DNA of 64,000 nt from the human T2T-CHM13v2.0 reference genome, Homo sapiens, in assembly GCF_009914755.1 (NCBI RefSeq), contig NC_060930.1; one strand, written 5' to 3'. The translations under genes were made by a program, and so were the position numbers. The stretch's first letter is position 1, and every line of letters begins with the position of its first letter. Below are positions 50,810-64,000 of the stretch, piece by piece. The notes beneath the pieces were generated by a model, which saw only the letters and a program-made list of their open reading frames with translations, had not been told where the DNA came from and did not search any database.

Positions 50810-51309
50810 CTTTCCATTCTGCATGCTCCTTTTCAAAGTGACTTTGCTGCTCCCCCATCAACAGGCAGAGCCTGTTTCCACATCCTCTGAATGTAGGCTA
50901 GCCTTGGGACTAGCTTTGGCAAATAGAATGTGGCAGAAGTGACATTTTGCATTTTATAAGGCATCCTTAGGAGGTTTGCAGCTTCTGCTTTAGGTTCCGA
51001 AAATGGAGCTCCTACCACTATGAAAAAAAGCTCAGGTTAAACTACTTGAATGATGAGAGACTATCCAGTAGAGAGGTCCAGGCTCACAGCCAGCACCAAG
51101 TTCTCATATGAGAGAGTAAGGCCATTTTATGCTCTCCAGTCCCAATAGAGCTACCAGATGACTGCTGCGGCACAAGTGACCCCAGAAAAGCCCATAAGAA
51201 AAACAACCTATATGAGCCCAGACAAGCCACAGAATCGTGAAAAATAGGAAATTGTGAAAAGCCAATAAATCGACATATGATTTGTTATGCAGCATTAGCT
51301 AAATAAGAC
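50810..51309 (+). mobile_element. MLT1-type MaLR LTR
   Basis: gtgactttgctgctcc...tagaatgtggcagaagtgac...gttatgcagcattagctaaataagaca. Confidence 0.7.
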
Positions 51310-51892
51310 AACTGATTTCCATCCCAAAGTAGTCAGGAAAAGGAATAGGTAAACCTATATAGTCAATTTGCTTTTCCTCATATTTGAGGGAATTAGTGAG
51401 AAAAATCAGGGTTCTGAAAAGCTGGGGGGCAGAGTTCAGAGACAATTCTGGCTCTGCTTGTCACATTCAGAATCTCCTGTTTATTTCAGGAGGTTTAGAT
51501 GTTTCTCTAATTAAGAGGGAGTATAAGCCACTCTTCTGCTATGCTCATTCTTATAATACAATGTGTCATTTTAAACCCACTTTGGCCTCTCTCCCTTTGA
51601 TTGGATGAACCTAATTATGGTTTGCTTGGGGAAACTTGGCTTGAGGCTGTGGTTCTCTACCATTACTGTCTATAAAACTCAGTAAACCCTACTGACAGGT
51701 AGAATCCTGCCCATCACTCTCACGACAGTCTGTAGCTCTTCCTTATAAATACACATTAGGTAATTCTGAGGCTAGTGGTCTACACTTTGTGAAATACAAT
51801 TGACATAAATCTAACATTTCAGAGAATAATAGGTCCAGTTTTACCTCTTTCCATCAGTTGTTTGTGAAGTTAATAATTGAGACACAGCCTAA

Positions 51893-52402
<510 letters not shown>

Positions 52403-52404
52403 AA

Positions 52405-52915
52405 TTGGGGCAAAAGTCGTTTGGGTGTGCATATTGATTCCATACTTCAAAGGACGTAGTAGATGCATACCCATGTTCACAGCATTGTTCACAGTAGCCA
52501 GGGGGTGGAGACAACCCAAGTGGCCATTGACAGATAAATGAATACATAAAATGTGGGATATTTATGGAATATTATTCAGCCTTAAAAAAGAAGGAAGATC
52601 TCACATATGCTACAACATAGATGAACCTTGAGGACATTATGCTAAGTAAAATCAGCCATTCACAAGAAAGACAATGTATGATTCCACTTATATAAGGCAT
52701 CCAAAGATCTCAAATTTCTAGAATGGAAAGTGGAATGGTGCTTACGAGGAGCTGGGAGAATGGAGAGTTGTTTAATGGGTGTAGATTTTCACTTTTACAA
52801 GAGATCTGTTTTCTAGGGATCTGTTGCACAACAATGTGTTAACACCACTAAACCACATAATTACAAGTGTTTAACATGGTAAATTTTATGTTATGTGGGT
52901 TTTTTAAAAATTGTG
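52405..52915 (+). mobile_element. L1MB-type 3' end
   Basis: atggaatattattcagccttaaaaaagaagg...gaaccttgaggacattatgctaag. Confidence 0.8.
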
Positions 52916-53170
52916 GTTAACCACAATTTTTTTTTTTTAATGAGGAGGAAGAAGAGGACGTGTTGACAGCATAAATGGTAAATCCTGATTGTAGATGGAG
53001 AATTTACAAGTTTGTTATGACTATGTTTCACAGCAATACTAAAAACAACAACAATAAATACAGTTGTCACTTTAGAAACATTGTTAACTCTATACATCAG
53101 ATAAAATTGAACATAGGAAACTCCTACAGCTGCAGAGTAGCATATAGTTAGAGGCCATCTCTAAAGAGTT

Positions 53171-53187
53171 GCTCTCCCCCTGCTGGC
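53171..53187 (-). promoter_or_regulatory. Candidate CTCF site, reverse orientation
   Basis: Minus strand GCCAGCAGGGGGAGAGC versus core CCASYAGRKGGCRS. Confidence 0.5.
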
Positions 53188-53793
53188 AAGTCTTGGAATT
53201 GTTCAGTTTGGGGAAGGAACCAGGACAGCTAGAGAGAGAACGTTCTCAGTAAGATGCTCTTGTCATTAAAATGTAGGTGCTTTCATTCATCAAAATATTT
53301 CCTAGAAAGACACCAAACTCCCATAGCTATTATCTGAAGTTATTCACTTTTACATTCTTCCATTTATTTCTTTTAAATATTTTAATTGACAAATGACAGA
53401 TTGTATATATTTATGGTGTACAATGTAAAGTTTCGATATGTGTATACATTGTGGAATGATTAAATCCAATTCTTCCACTTCTTAAAATGAATGTACAACT
53501 TATTTGACTATAGCTCATTCATTCACCAACCTGTATTTAACTCTTAATATGCATTGTTGTGCCAAACACTGGGATTTCAAAGATGACATTGGTGTGGACC
53601 CAGGTTTGATATCTGATAGAGGGATATAGACATGTAAATCATTAAATCAAATTTAGTAAAGAGTTGTAAGTGTAATAGAAACCATCTGTGTACTACAGTA
53701 TAAGAATTACGGCATAAAGAAAGCAGTAAAGAGATTCAGCAGGAGTATAATTAATATATTGGATTCCTGTCTTTTTTTTAAATTAATTATTTC

Positions 53794-53955
53794 TTTTTTT
53801 TTTTTTTTTTTGAGACTGAGTCTCGCTCTGTTGCCCAGGCTGGAGTGCAGTGGCACGTCGGGTCACTGCAAACCTCCCGCTCCTGGGTTCAAGCGATTCT
53901 CCTGCCTCAGTCTCCTGAGTAGCTGGGATTACAGGCATGAACCACCACGCCCGGA
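53794..53955 (-). mobile_element. Alu right arm only
   Basis: Poly-T, right monomer. Confidence 0.85.
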
Positions 53956-54064
53956 CTTCCTGCCCTTTGAATTTACCAAGAAGAGGTAATTCGATCATGC
54001 ATAGCACACAAATATATTAATTGTCAAAGCGCATCCTCTCTCTATTCTTGTGAGTTGGATTTTT

Positions 54065-57000
54065 TTTTAAAAAAGACTTTCATTTTGAAATAATTACAAA
54101 TTCACAGGAAATTGCAGAGATGGATAGTACAGAGGTTCTGTGTATCCTTTACCTGGTTTCCCCAGTGATTACATCATCAAAACCAAGGAGTTGATTGACA
54201 ATGATAAAAAGCATGTGCATAATTCTATGTCCTTTTACCATATGTTTAGATTTGATAAGCACCACTTCAATCAAGATATATAACTATTTCATTACCACAG
54301 GGATCTTCCAGGGCTACCGCTTTACAATACTACTAACCTCCTCCCTCTAGCATCGTTAAACCCTGGCAACTGTTCATCTATTAAAGGATGACATTGGCAC
54401 TGGAGATGACATCTAATAAAGAGACACAGAGAAGTAAATCATGCAAATCTAATGCAGAGAATAAACTAAGCTTGTAACCTGTAATAGCTTGTAGCTTCAA
54501 TGTTATATAAATGAAATCATTCAGTATGTGACCCTTTGAGATTGGCTTTATTCCCCCCAATTAGTGCACTTTCCTGTAATCAAGCCAAGTTGCTGTGTAT
54601 CAATAGTTTATTGCTTTTTTACTGCCGAGTTATATTTCTAGTTTGGAGGTACACAGTTTGCTGAATCACTCACCTATTGTAGGACATTTTCAGTTATTTC
54701 CAGTTCTTATCTGTTACATATAACACTGCTATGAACAACTATATGCAGGTTCTTTTATGGACTTAAAGTTGCATTTCTCTGAGTTAAATGTCCAGGAGGA
54801 TGATTGCTAGGTTGATTAGTAAGTGAATGTTTATTTCTTTTTGAGAAACTGCCAAACAGTTTTTCAGAGTGGCCATAACACTTAACATCACCACCCGCGA
54901 TGTGTGAAACATCTAGTGTTTCCATATTCTTACAGGCATTATTTTTCATTATTGTCATTATTTTTCATTGATTTGATTTAATAGGCATGCAGTGATAGCT
55001 CATAGTGATCCTAATTTGCATTTCACAATTGGATTAGGTGTTGCATATGTTTTCATGTGCTTATTTGACATTTATGTATGCTTTCTGGTGAAATACTTCA
55101 TCACGTCTTTTGCCATTTTCTAAGTGAATAGTTTAACTTTTTACTGTTGCAGATTGAGAGTGTTTATGAATTCTAGACATGACTCCTTTATCAGATATGT
55201 GGTTTGCAAATATTTCCTCTTAGTCTGCGGCTTGTATTTTCACATCTTTACTGGGTCTTCTGCAGGACAAACACTTTTAATTTGGATGAAGTTTAATTTA
55301 TCATTTTTTTTTTCTTTTATGAAGCATGCTTTTGGTGTCATGTCTAAGAACTCTTCGTCAAACCCCAGGTCCTGAAAATGTTTGTCTATGATTTCTTCTA
55401 AAGTTTTATAGTTTACATTTTACTTTAAAATCTATGATTCAAAAATTTGAGTTAATTTTTATATAATGTGTGAGATTTAGGTCAAGGTTCACATTTTTAC
55501 TTATGAATATACAATAGCTGCAGGACCGTATATTGAAAAGGCTATCTTTCCTCCATTGCAATGCTTTTTGACCTTTGTTAAGACTCAGTTCAGTGTATTT
55601 TCTTAGGTGTACTTCTGGGTTCTTTATCCTGTTCTATTGATTTATGTCACTGTCCCTCCATCAGTACCATGTAACCTGTTTACTGTGTCGGCAAAGTAAG
55701 TCTTGAAATTGGGTAGAGTGAGTCTTCCCACTTGATTCATCTTTTTCAAAATTGTTTTTAGCTATTCTAGTTCCTTTGCCTTTCCATATACATTTTATCT
55801 TATTTTATTTTTGAAACAAGTTCTCACTCTATCACCCAGGCTGGACTGCGGTGGCATGATCACTGTTCAGTGCAGCCTCAGCCTCCCAGGATCAGGAGAT
55901 TCTCCTGTCTCAGTCTCCTGAGTGACTGGGACCACAGGTGTGGACCACCACACCCGGCTAATTTTTTTTTTTTTTTTTTAATTCTTAGAAACAGGGTCTT
56001 ACTCCGGGCGCAGTTCCCTGTAATCCTAGCAATTTGGGAGGCCAAGGCGGGCGGATTTTCTGAACTCAGGAATTCAAGACCAGCCTGGGCAACATGGTGA
56101 AACCCCGTTTCTACTAAAATACAAAAAATTAGTAGAGCATGGCGGCATGCACCTGTAGTCCCAGCTACTCGGGAGGCTGAGGCAGGAGAATTGCTTGAAC
56201 TCGGGAGGTGGGAGGTTGCAGCAAGCCGAGATGGCGCCACTGCACTCCAGCCTGGGAGACATTGAGACTCCGTCTCTAAACAAACAAACAAACAAACAAA
56301 CAAACAAACAAACAAACAGGGTCTTCCTACTTTGCCAAGGCTAGTCTTGAACTCCTGGGCTCAAGCACCCTCCCAGCTTGGTCTCCCAAAGTGTTGGGAT
56401 TACAAGTAAGAGCCACTGTGCCCAGCACCATATAAATTTTAGAATAATCTTGTCTTTGTCCTTATCAACAAAATTTCTTGCTGGGATTGTGCTGGTAATT
56501 GCAATAAACTTATGTATCAATTTGGGGAGAACTGACATCTTAACAGTGTTGAGTTGTCTGATCCATGACCACAGTATGTCTCTCCATTCATTTAGATTTT
56601 TGATTTCTTTCATTGCTATTTCGTAGTTTTTGGCTTGTTTTTATTAGATTCACACTCAAGAATATTTTTAGCAATTGTAAATGCTACTGTATCTAAAATT
56701 TTACCTTCCACATTTCCATTGCTAGTATGTAGAAATACAATTAGTTTTTGTTCTAGGAGGGTGTTTTGGTGGATTCCTTGGGACTTTTGTAGATAGACAA
56801 TCATGCTCTCTACAAAAAGGGACAGTTTTATTTTTCTCTTTCCAATATGCATACCTTTTATTTCCTTTCCTTGCTTTATTGCACTGGCTAGAACTTCTAA
56901 TACCATGCTGAAAAGCGGTGGTAAGTGGACATTTTCGCCTTGTTCCTGATTCTAGCAAGAACGTATTGTCTTTCGTCGTGAAGAATGATGTTAGCTGTAG
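54065..57000 (-). mobile_element. Old L1M (antisense) interrupted by Alus
   Basis: Minus-strand ORF2 remnants LNEWRDILWSWI, VLEVLASAIKQGKEIKG. Confidence 0.85.
55795..56426. mobile_element. Antisense AluJ containing a sense AluS (56004-56313)
   Basis: TSD aaacagggtctt at 55989 and 56314; (CAAA)n tail. Confidence 0.9.
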
Positions 57001-57199
57001 GGTATTTTTTTGGGAAGGGGGGGTTGATATTAGTATGCTCTGTTTTTAGAAACAAATGTAACATCTGAATTTGTCCACCACTCTAAGGCTCAAGAAACTC
57101 CACTTTATTTAATTTTTCTCAATCAAGTTAAATCAGAATGTTAGTTGTTATGTTTACGAAGTTTCCATTTTTGTATTAAATAGTAGTTATTTTATTTTA

Positions 57200-57527
57200 A
57201 TTTTTAATAAAAAACAGAAATTTTTATTGGCTCACATTTCTGGAGGCTGAAAAGTCCAATATCATGGTGCCAGTGCTAATGAGGGCTTTTGTGCTATGTC
57301 ATCCCATAGAGGAAGGTGAAGGGCAAGAGAGGGCAAGTGAGAGAGGAATGAACTAACCTTGTCCTTTTATAACAAACCAACTCCCTAGATAATGGCCTTG
57401 ATCCACTCTTGAAGGTGGAGCCCTCCTGGCCTAACTACCTCTTTAATGGTCTCACCTCTTAACACTGTTGCATTAGGGATTAAGTTTCCAATACATGCCT
57501 TTTGGGATACACATTTAAACCATAGCA
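57200..57527 (-). mobile_element. Partial MST/MLT1A-type MaLR LTR
   Basis: aacagaaattt...ctggaggctgaaaag...acacatttaaaccatagca. Confidence 0.75.
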
Positions 57528-58367
57528 CATGTGACGTTGAGCAGGTGACTCACAAAAGAGTCATGCTAAGTAGTAGTTATTAAAACACACACACACCTAG
57601 AAAAAATAATAAATAATACAAAGAAAAATTTTCACTCCTGGTAAAAATTTTTAATACCCATATTAGCATATTCATAAATAACTGTAAATTTCACCTTGTT
57701 GTTATCATATGAAAAGTGGTGATCACATTAATAATTAGCCCATCAATAACTTTAAAATATCTTTTGTGCCTTCTTTTGAGTGTTTTTTCTTTCTTCTCAT
57801 AATGAAGTCCTCTTTCCTTGTGAAGTAAGAAAAGTAAGTCAGCAACTATATTTAGCTCTTGTAATTATGTTTTTGTATAATAGACAATGCAAAGTCTTTT
57901 AAATATTAGAGCTCAGTGAAGTATCATCCTTGGATATTTTTAGTTTAGGAAATGTTAGGGATATTTGATGTAAGTAAGGAGTGCCCATGAACTAGATATG
58001 CAGATGCCATGGGAATTTTGGGGGAATCAAGATGTTGGCTTGGGTGTTGGAGTATCCATTGGGATCTTTGAACACTGAGAGGAGCATCATATGGGGAGAA
58101 ATGCCTTCCCTTGTACCTCAGGGGTCACTGAAGTCTGGGCCAATCAATGGGACCTTCACCAGTCACGTGAAAGCTCTCAGAATGACTGGCGATGGCTGCA
58201 GCTGCCACTGGGGACATTTCTCTGAACTGCCTAGACTGTCATTTTTTAACAGCTTCTGTCTTAACAACTGTAGTGACACCGGAGGACCAAGAACTGGATG
58301 TTACAGCTGCTTAGGGTTAAATTTGTTCTTGAGATACAATTTGTCCTTGAGTGCTACATCTCTTTGC

Positions 58368-58381
58368 CCAGCAGGTGGCAG
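58368..58381 (+). promoter_or_regulatory. Candidate CTCF site, forward orientation
   Basis: CCAGCAGGTGGCAG matches core CCASYAGRKGGCRS at all 14 positions; in apparently non-repetitive DNA. Confidence 0.6.
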
Positions 58382-58764
58382 TAAGCGATTACGAGACATA
58401 TGGTAACAAGCATCAGCGTAAGAGACTTTGGAGTATACTCAGGGCTACTTGGAAGGATTAACTCTTCAACATTCTGCGAATCTGAATTTAGCTTTCAATT
58501 TAGATATCAACTGTAATACTGTTTTATTGGGTGCCTCTAAAATGGTGAAGCGGTGCATACTGTTTGAGCGTAAACAGATTTTACAGCAGAGCTGCTTCAG
58601 TTGAATAGGGGCATAAGACCTGGAGGCTACCTACTCAGTGCCATCTTCCCCAAATACAGCAGACCATTGAGTCTTTGAAGACCCTGCTTTGGCTCAGCTT
58701 CTCAGTGGATCAACAGACCTGTAATTCTTACTAGTCACCTCGAATTCAGCATATTCAAACCAAG

Positions 58765-58965
58765 CAGTGGTGTGCAGGGGCCAGCCTTCACCTACTTAGA
58801 AGAGTCCATTGATAAATTGTCAGAGGTTTTGCAAGCTGGTTAACTTCACATTGGTAGTTTGAAAGTATCCACAATGGAAGCATTTACAATAGAAGTCGTG
58901 TAATTCTACTAACAAAGATCTCCCCTCACCTCCAGCTGTTTATTCAATATTTATTAATATTACAC
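58765..58965 (+). mobile_element. MER63-like hAT element
   Basis: cagtggtgtgc start, cattggtagtttgaaa internal, ends cactg. Confidence 0.55.
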
Positions 58966-59027
58966 TGATCTAAGCACACTTGCTTTCTCCCTGAACAACA
59001 TCTCTTTTCCTGCCTATATATCCCATC

Positions 59028-59757
59028 TGATACGGTTTGGATTTGTGTCCCTGCCCAAATCTCATGTCGATTTGGAGGAGGGGCCTGTTGGGAGGTACTT
59101 GGAGCATGGGGTGGATTTCCCCCTTGCTGTTCTCATCATACTGAGTGAGTTCTCATGAGATCTGATGATTTAAAAGTGTGTGGCACTTCCCCCTTAGCTC
59201 TCTCTCTCATGCCACCATGTGAAGAGGTGCTTGCTTCCCCTTCACCTTCCGCCATGACTGTAAGTGATTAGGTTTGACTGTGTCCTCACCCAAATCTCAT
59301 CTTGAATTGTAGCTCCCATAATTCCCACAAGTTGTGGGAGGGACCCAGTGGGAGATAGCTGAATCATGGGGCGGTTTCCTCCTTACTGTTCTTGAGGTAG
59401 TGAATAAGCCTCATGAGATCTGATGATTTTATAAGGGGTTTCCACTTTTGATTGGCTCTCATTCTCTCTTGTCTACCACCATGTAAGATGTGTTTTTTGC
59501 CTTCTGCCATGATTGTGAGGCCTCCCCAGCCACATGGAACTCTAAGCCAATTAAACCTCCTTTCTTTATAAATTGCCCAATCTTGGGTATGTCTTTATTA
59601 GCAGTGTGAAAACAGACTAATACAGTAAGTTTCCTGAGGCCTCTCAGTCATGTTTCCTGTTAAGTCTGTGGAACTGTGAGTCAATTAAACCTCTTTTCTT
59701 CATAAATTACCCAGTCTCAGGTAGTTATTTATAGCAATGTGAAAAGAGACTAATACA
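59028..59757 (+). mobile_element. MSTA-like LTR with nested THE1 LTR (59265-59624)
   Basis: Outer TSD CCATC, inner TSD GTAAG. Confidence 0.9.
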
Positions 59758-61107
59758 CCATCAATCCCCAAACCTCTCATTATCTCACTTCACAAAGCTC
59801 AGTCCAAACTGTTCTTCCTCTGCAGTGACACTGAACTTGGCCACTCTCCCACCATCACCTCTTCTTCCCTTGCCTCTGGTTTCCTAAAGCACTTTGTTTC
59901 TGTCACAGGGTAAAATACTCTTATTTTATAACATGTGTTTCACAAGAACCTGGTGGCTAGACATTAGCCTCTGTGTTCCTAGAGGGGACTTTGAGGCCCG
60001 TGTCTGAGACTTCATGGTAACCTCAGTGGCTATGGTAGATTTTGGCACATGGTAGATAGATGCTCATTAAATGGTTGTGGTTTCTGTTTTTACCACAGAA
60101 TAACTTTCCAATTCTTTTTTGTTCCATGATCTGACCCCAACCAGCCTATTAACATTACCTTTTAATTATTCATCTTCATGGTATTTGCTAGATTTTTCTC
60201 AAGCTGTCGCCCTTGGTTTGCCCCATATCCACCTCACATCTTCTCTCTCCATCTTTGTGTGTACTCTTCCCTCCTCATGGGCGGCCTTTCACGTTTCCTT
60301 TAGGGTCTTGCTCAAATGCCATTTTCTCTGTGAAGCTGTTTTCTCCTTTTCCTTCTGATTCTGCCACTCTAAGTAATCAGATCTCTACAGTCTTGCATCT
60401 GTCCACCAACTTCTAAAATTCTGTGAAAAGGGGAAACTAAACTCATCTACTGTGGTTAACCAGACCACAAAGAGGAATGCTGGCGTTCATGAAGAATATT
60501 CTGAGAGCCTTGTCAAAGTCACTCTGTTGTCCAGGCCAAACAGAGGAGTGTGGATGATAGAGATTTCGGATGTGGCTTGTGAAAGGGAGGAGGGCAAGGC
60601 TGGCAGAGGTGGAGTTCTGTCTATTTAAAGTAGTTGTCTGTTTAGCAGTGCACCCTGGAGGAGACAGGGCTGTCTGTGCTCTGGGCCATATCAAAGGTGC
60701 CCTCAACACCCCACAGTTCAGGTCTGTTAGCTTTCCTCATAAAACCATGTTTGGAGAGATGGCTTTTCAGAAGGAATTTTGGCTTGAAACTGGAAGAAAG
60801 CATGCCTGAAAATTTAATTGGGAAGTAAGGGTATATCAAGGGGGGAAAGGCAGCAGCTTTGAAGTGGAAAATATCTTGCAAAGAGTAAAAATAGTGGCTT
60901 TTAAGTGGCATATGAGGAGGTTCGGTGGCCAGCCCTTTCATTAGCTGACTTCCTGTGCCCCACTGGGACTGTCCTCTGAGGGCTGATTGCTGCCTTTGAT
61001 GCCTCTAACCAGCTGGTGTCACTACTCAGGCCGAGGATTTCAGGAAGACAGGTAGCTTAGCAAAGAGGAAGAGAAGGTTTGTTTCATGAAAGCTGATCTA
61101 CCAAACA

Positions 61108-61240
61108 CCATCTGGCAAGGGATTAATAACCAGAATATATAAGGAGCTCAAACAACTCTATAGGAAAAAATCTAATAATTTGATTAAAATACAGGGCAAA
61201 GGATCTAAATAGACATTTCTCAAAAGAAGACATACAGATA
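61108..61240 (+). mobile_element. Older L1 ORF2 fragment
   Basis: catctggcaagggattaataaccagaatatataaggagctc...ctcaaaagaagacatacagat. Confidence 0.8.
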
Positions 61241-64000
61241 TGGGGGCAAGTGGGGGAATGCAATATAGCTGGCTAGACATAGCCCAATAGACACAGCCAG
61301 GTGGAACAGCTCCCACAGAGGGACCCAGATAACTGGCATGCTTCTAACAGATCCTCAGAGGCAAGGCACTGAGAGTGGATGGAGGGAAGACACAGAAGCT
61401 GGGCTGGAGGGGAAGAAACCTGGGAACACTGCCTGGGGATACTGCTCACTGGGACTGATTTTTGGACCACAACAGCTCCAGGAGAATGGGTGACTTGAAC
61501 TGGCAAGGAGCAACCTGCTCTCTCCACGGGCCTCTGGAACCCCGGCAAGAGAAGATCCCTTGATCACCATGGACACTCAAGTTGGCAAGAAGAGCTCCTT
61601 AGAGAAGTCGTGGGAGGGCAAGCAAGCTGATGTGGAGCCAGGACGATTTGATGTGGGAGCACCTGCAGTGGAGCACAGCCAGGGAGAGCCATCTCCCCAG
61701 GCCTGACTTGCTCCCATAGGAGACTTTAGCCCTAGGGGAACTGTCCATCCTGATCTCTGCAGGGTGGTCTTGTCCATCAGACAGGGCTGATTCGACCTGA
61801 GCACCCCTTGGTCTGCTGGCCTTTCTGGGGTCCCAGCCTGGCCAGACCTGCTTGCAGGGCAGTCTTGGGTGCCCTGGAGGCCACGCCATAGCTTCTGTGC
61901 TGGCAGATAGTATCTGACTGGTGGAGAGCTCCAGCAAGGCTGCCCCTAGGCCACACACCAGCCCATCCACCCCCTCCCCACACTGCAGCTTCCCTAGGCC
62001 CAGGAAACTCCTCACGTGTCTTTGCTGGCACAAGTCTGCACAGGTAGGTTTTGCCTTCCTTGCCCTGCCAGTGCATGGGAGTGTAGTCTGCCCCCCTGCC
62101 CCGTCTGGCTGTCATTGAAGACAGAGCCTTGGTGGGCACAGAGCAAGCCAGCTCCCCCGCAACGCCCACCTCAACACCTGGCCCTTGTGCTAACACTGTG
62201 CAGAGAACAGTGGACCCTGCTCGCACCCTGAGTGATCACTCCTGCTTGTGGGGCACAGAGAAGGTGTCCAGACCTGCTCACGCCAGTGCCCTGCCCCCAA
62301 GCCAACACCACATCCAACAGGAGCCTGCACCCAGTCTTCAGCATAGAGGTGAAAGATCTCTACGAGGAGAACTATGAAACACTGCTCAAAATAATCAAAT
62401 ATGATACAAGCAAATGGAAGAGCATGCAATGCTCATGGATAGGAAGAATCAATATCATAAAAATGGCCATACTGCCCAAAGCAATTTATAGATTCAATGC
62501 TATTCCTATTAAACTACCATTGATATTCTTCACAAAACTAGAGAAAACTATTTTAAAGTTCATATGGAACCAAAAAAGAGCCTGAATAGCCAAGGAAATC
62601 CTAAGCAAAAAGAACAAAGCTGGAAGCATCATGCTACCCAACTTCAAACTATACTACAGGACTACAGTAACCAAAACAGCGTGGTACTGGTACAAAAACA
62701 GACACATAGACCAATGAAACAGAATAGAGAACCCAGAAATGGTTCTCTATTTCACACACCTACAACTATCTGATCTTCGACAAACCTGATAAAAACAAGC
62801 AATAGGGAAATGATTCTGTATTCATTAAATGATGCTGGAATAACTGGCTAGCCATATGCTGAAGATTAAAACTGGACCCCTTCCTTATACTGTACACAAA
62901 AATCAACTCAAAATGGATGAAAGACTTAAATGTAAAACCCAAAACTATAACAACAATAGAAGACAACCTAGGCAATACCATCTTGGATATAGGAACAGGC
63001 AAAAATTTCATGACAAAGACACCAAAAGCAATTGAAACAAAAGCAAAAATTGAAAAGTGGGTTCTAAATAAAACTAAAGAGCTCCTGCACAGCAAAGAAA
63101 ATACAAACAGAGTGAACAGACAACCTACAGAATGACAGTATCTGCAAACTATACATCCAACAAAGATCTAATATTCAGCATCTATAAGAAACTTAAACAA
63201 ATTTCCAAAAACAACCCCATTAAAAAGTGGGCAAAGCATATGAACAGACACTTTTCAAAAGAAGACATACATGCAGCCAACAAACATGAAAAAGGCTCAA
63301 CACCACCAATCATTAGAGAAATGCAAATCAAAACCACAATGAGATACCATCTCACACTAGTCAGAATGGCTGATGGCTGTTATTAAAAAGTCAAAAAATA
63401 ACAGATGCTGGCAAGGTTGTGGAGAAAAGGCAATGCTTATGCACTGTTGGTGGGAGTATAAATTAGTTCAATCATTGTGGTTGACAGTGTGGTGATTCCT
63501 CAAAGATCTGAAAACAGAAATATAATTCTACCTAGCAATGCTACTACTGGGTATATACCCAAAGAAAAATAAATTGTTCAATTATAAAGACACCTGCACT
63601 TGTATGTTCATTGCAGCACTATTTATAATAGCAAAGACATATCAATCTAAATACCCATCAATGATAGACTGGATAAAGAAAATGTGGTGCATATACACCA
63701 TGGAATACTATGGTATTTCACAGCCATAAAAAAAAATGAGATCATTTTTTTCCATCCACATCCTTTTCAGGTACGTGGATGGAACTGGAGGCCAATACCC
63801 TTAGCAAACAAAGGCAGGAACAGAAAACCAAATACTGCATGTTCTTACTTATAAGTGATGGGAACACATGGACACATGTGAAGGAACAACATTTACTGGG
63901 GCCTGTCGAAGTGTAGGGGATAGGAGGAGGGAGAGCATCAGGAATAATAGCTAATGGGTACTAGGTTTAATACTTGAGTGACTAAACAATCTATACAATA
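61241..64000 (+). mobile_element. L1PA13-16-like element with 5'UTR joined to 3' ORF2
   Basis: GC-rich 5'UTR-like 61241-62345, then [15 protein letters not shown]...; 3'UTR runs off window. Confidence 0.8.

Noticed and set aside
58032-58406. 124-aa ATG ORF in unique-looking DNA
   Set aside because: No recognisable domain or splice context; length is attainable by chance.
60400-61050. Possible enhancer (GGAATG TEAD-like, ACTTCCTG ETS-like motifs)
   Set aside because: Short isolated motifs are expected by chance.

Overview
Primate DNA, almost certainly human chr6q23. Bases ~1.6-38.2 kb hold the 3' part of ENPP1 on the + strand: 19 coding exons (exons 7-25 in the usual numbering) that I spliced by hand into one open frame from the catalytic PTKTFPNH motif to the ...PTFSQED stop at 33537, followed by a ~4.6 kb 3'UTR. 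I saw no protein change relative to human ENPP1 as I remember it. Intron 20 has a GC donor. Downstream lies an intergenic region with a two-LTR HERV-H/LTR7 provirus (44580-50449, GTTAG target-site duplication), a divergent pair of CTCF-like motifs, and many Alu, L1, MaLR and ERV LTR insertions, several of them nested. I found no evidence of a new multi-gene system. The best leads are regulatory or structural: the LTR7up-like promoter with a consensus splice donor, a 302-codon ESRG-like pre-gag frame fused to Gag, discordant LTR poly(A) signals, G-to-A hypermutation, a candidate chromatin boundary, and several templated-insertion scars. Repeat subfamily names are from memory and repeat boundaries without a TSD are approximate.
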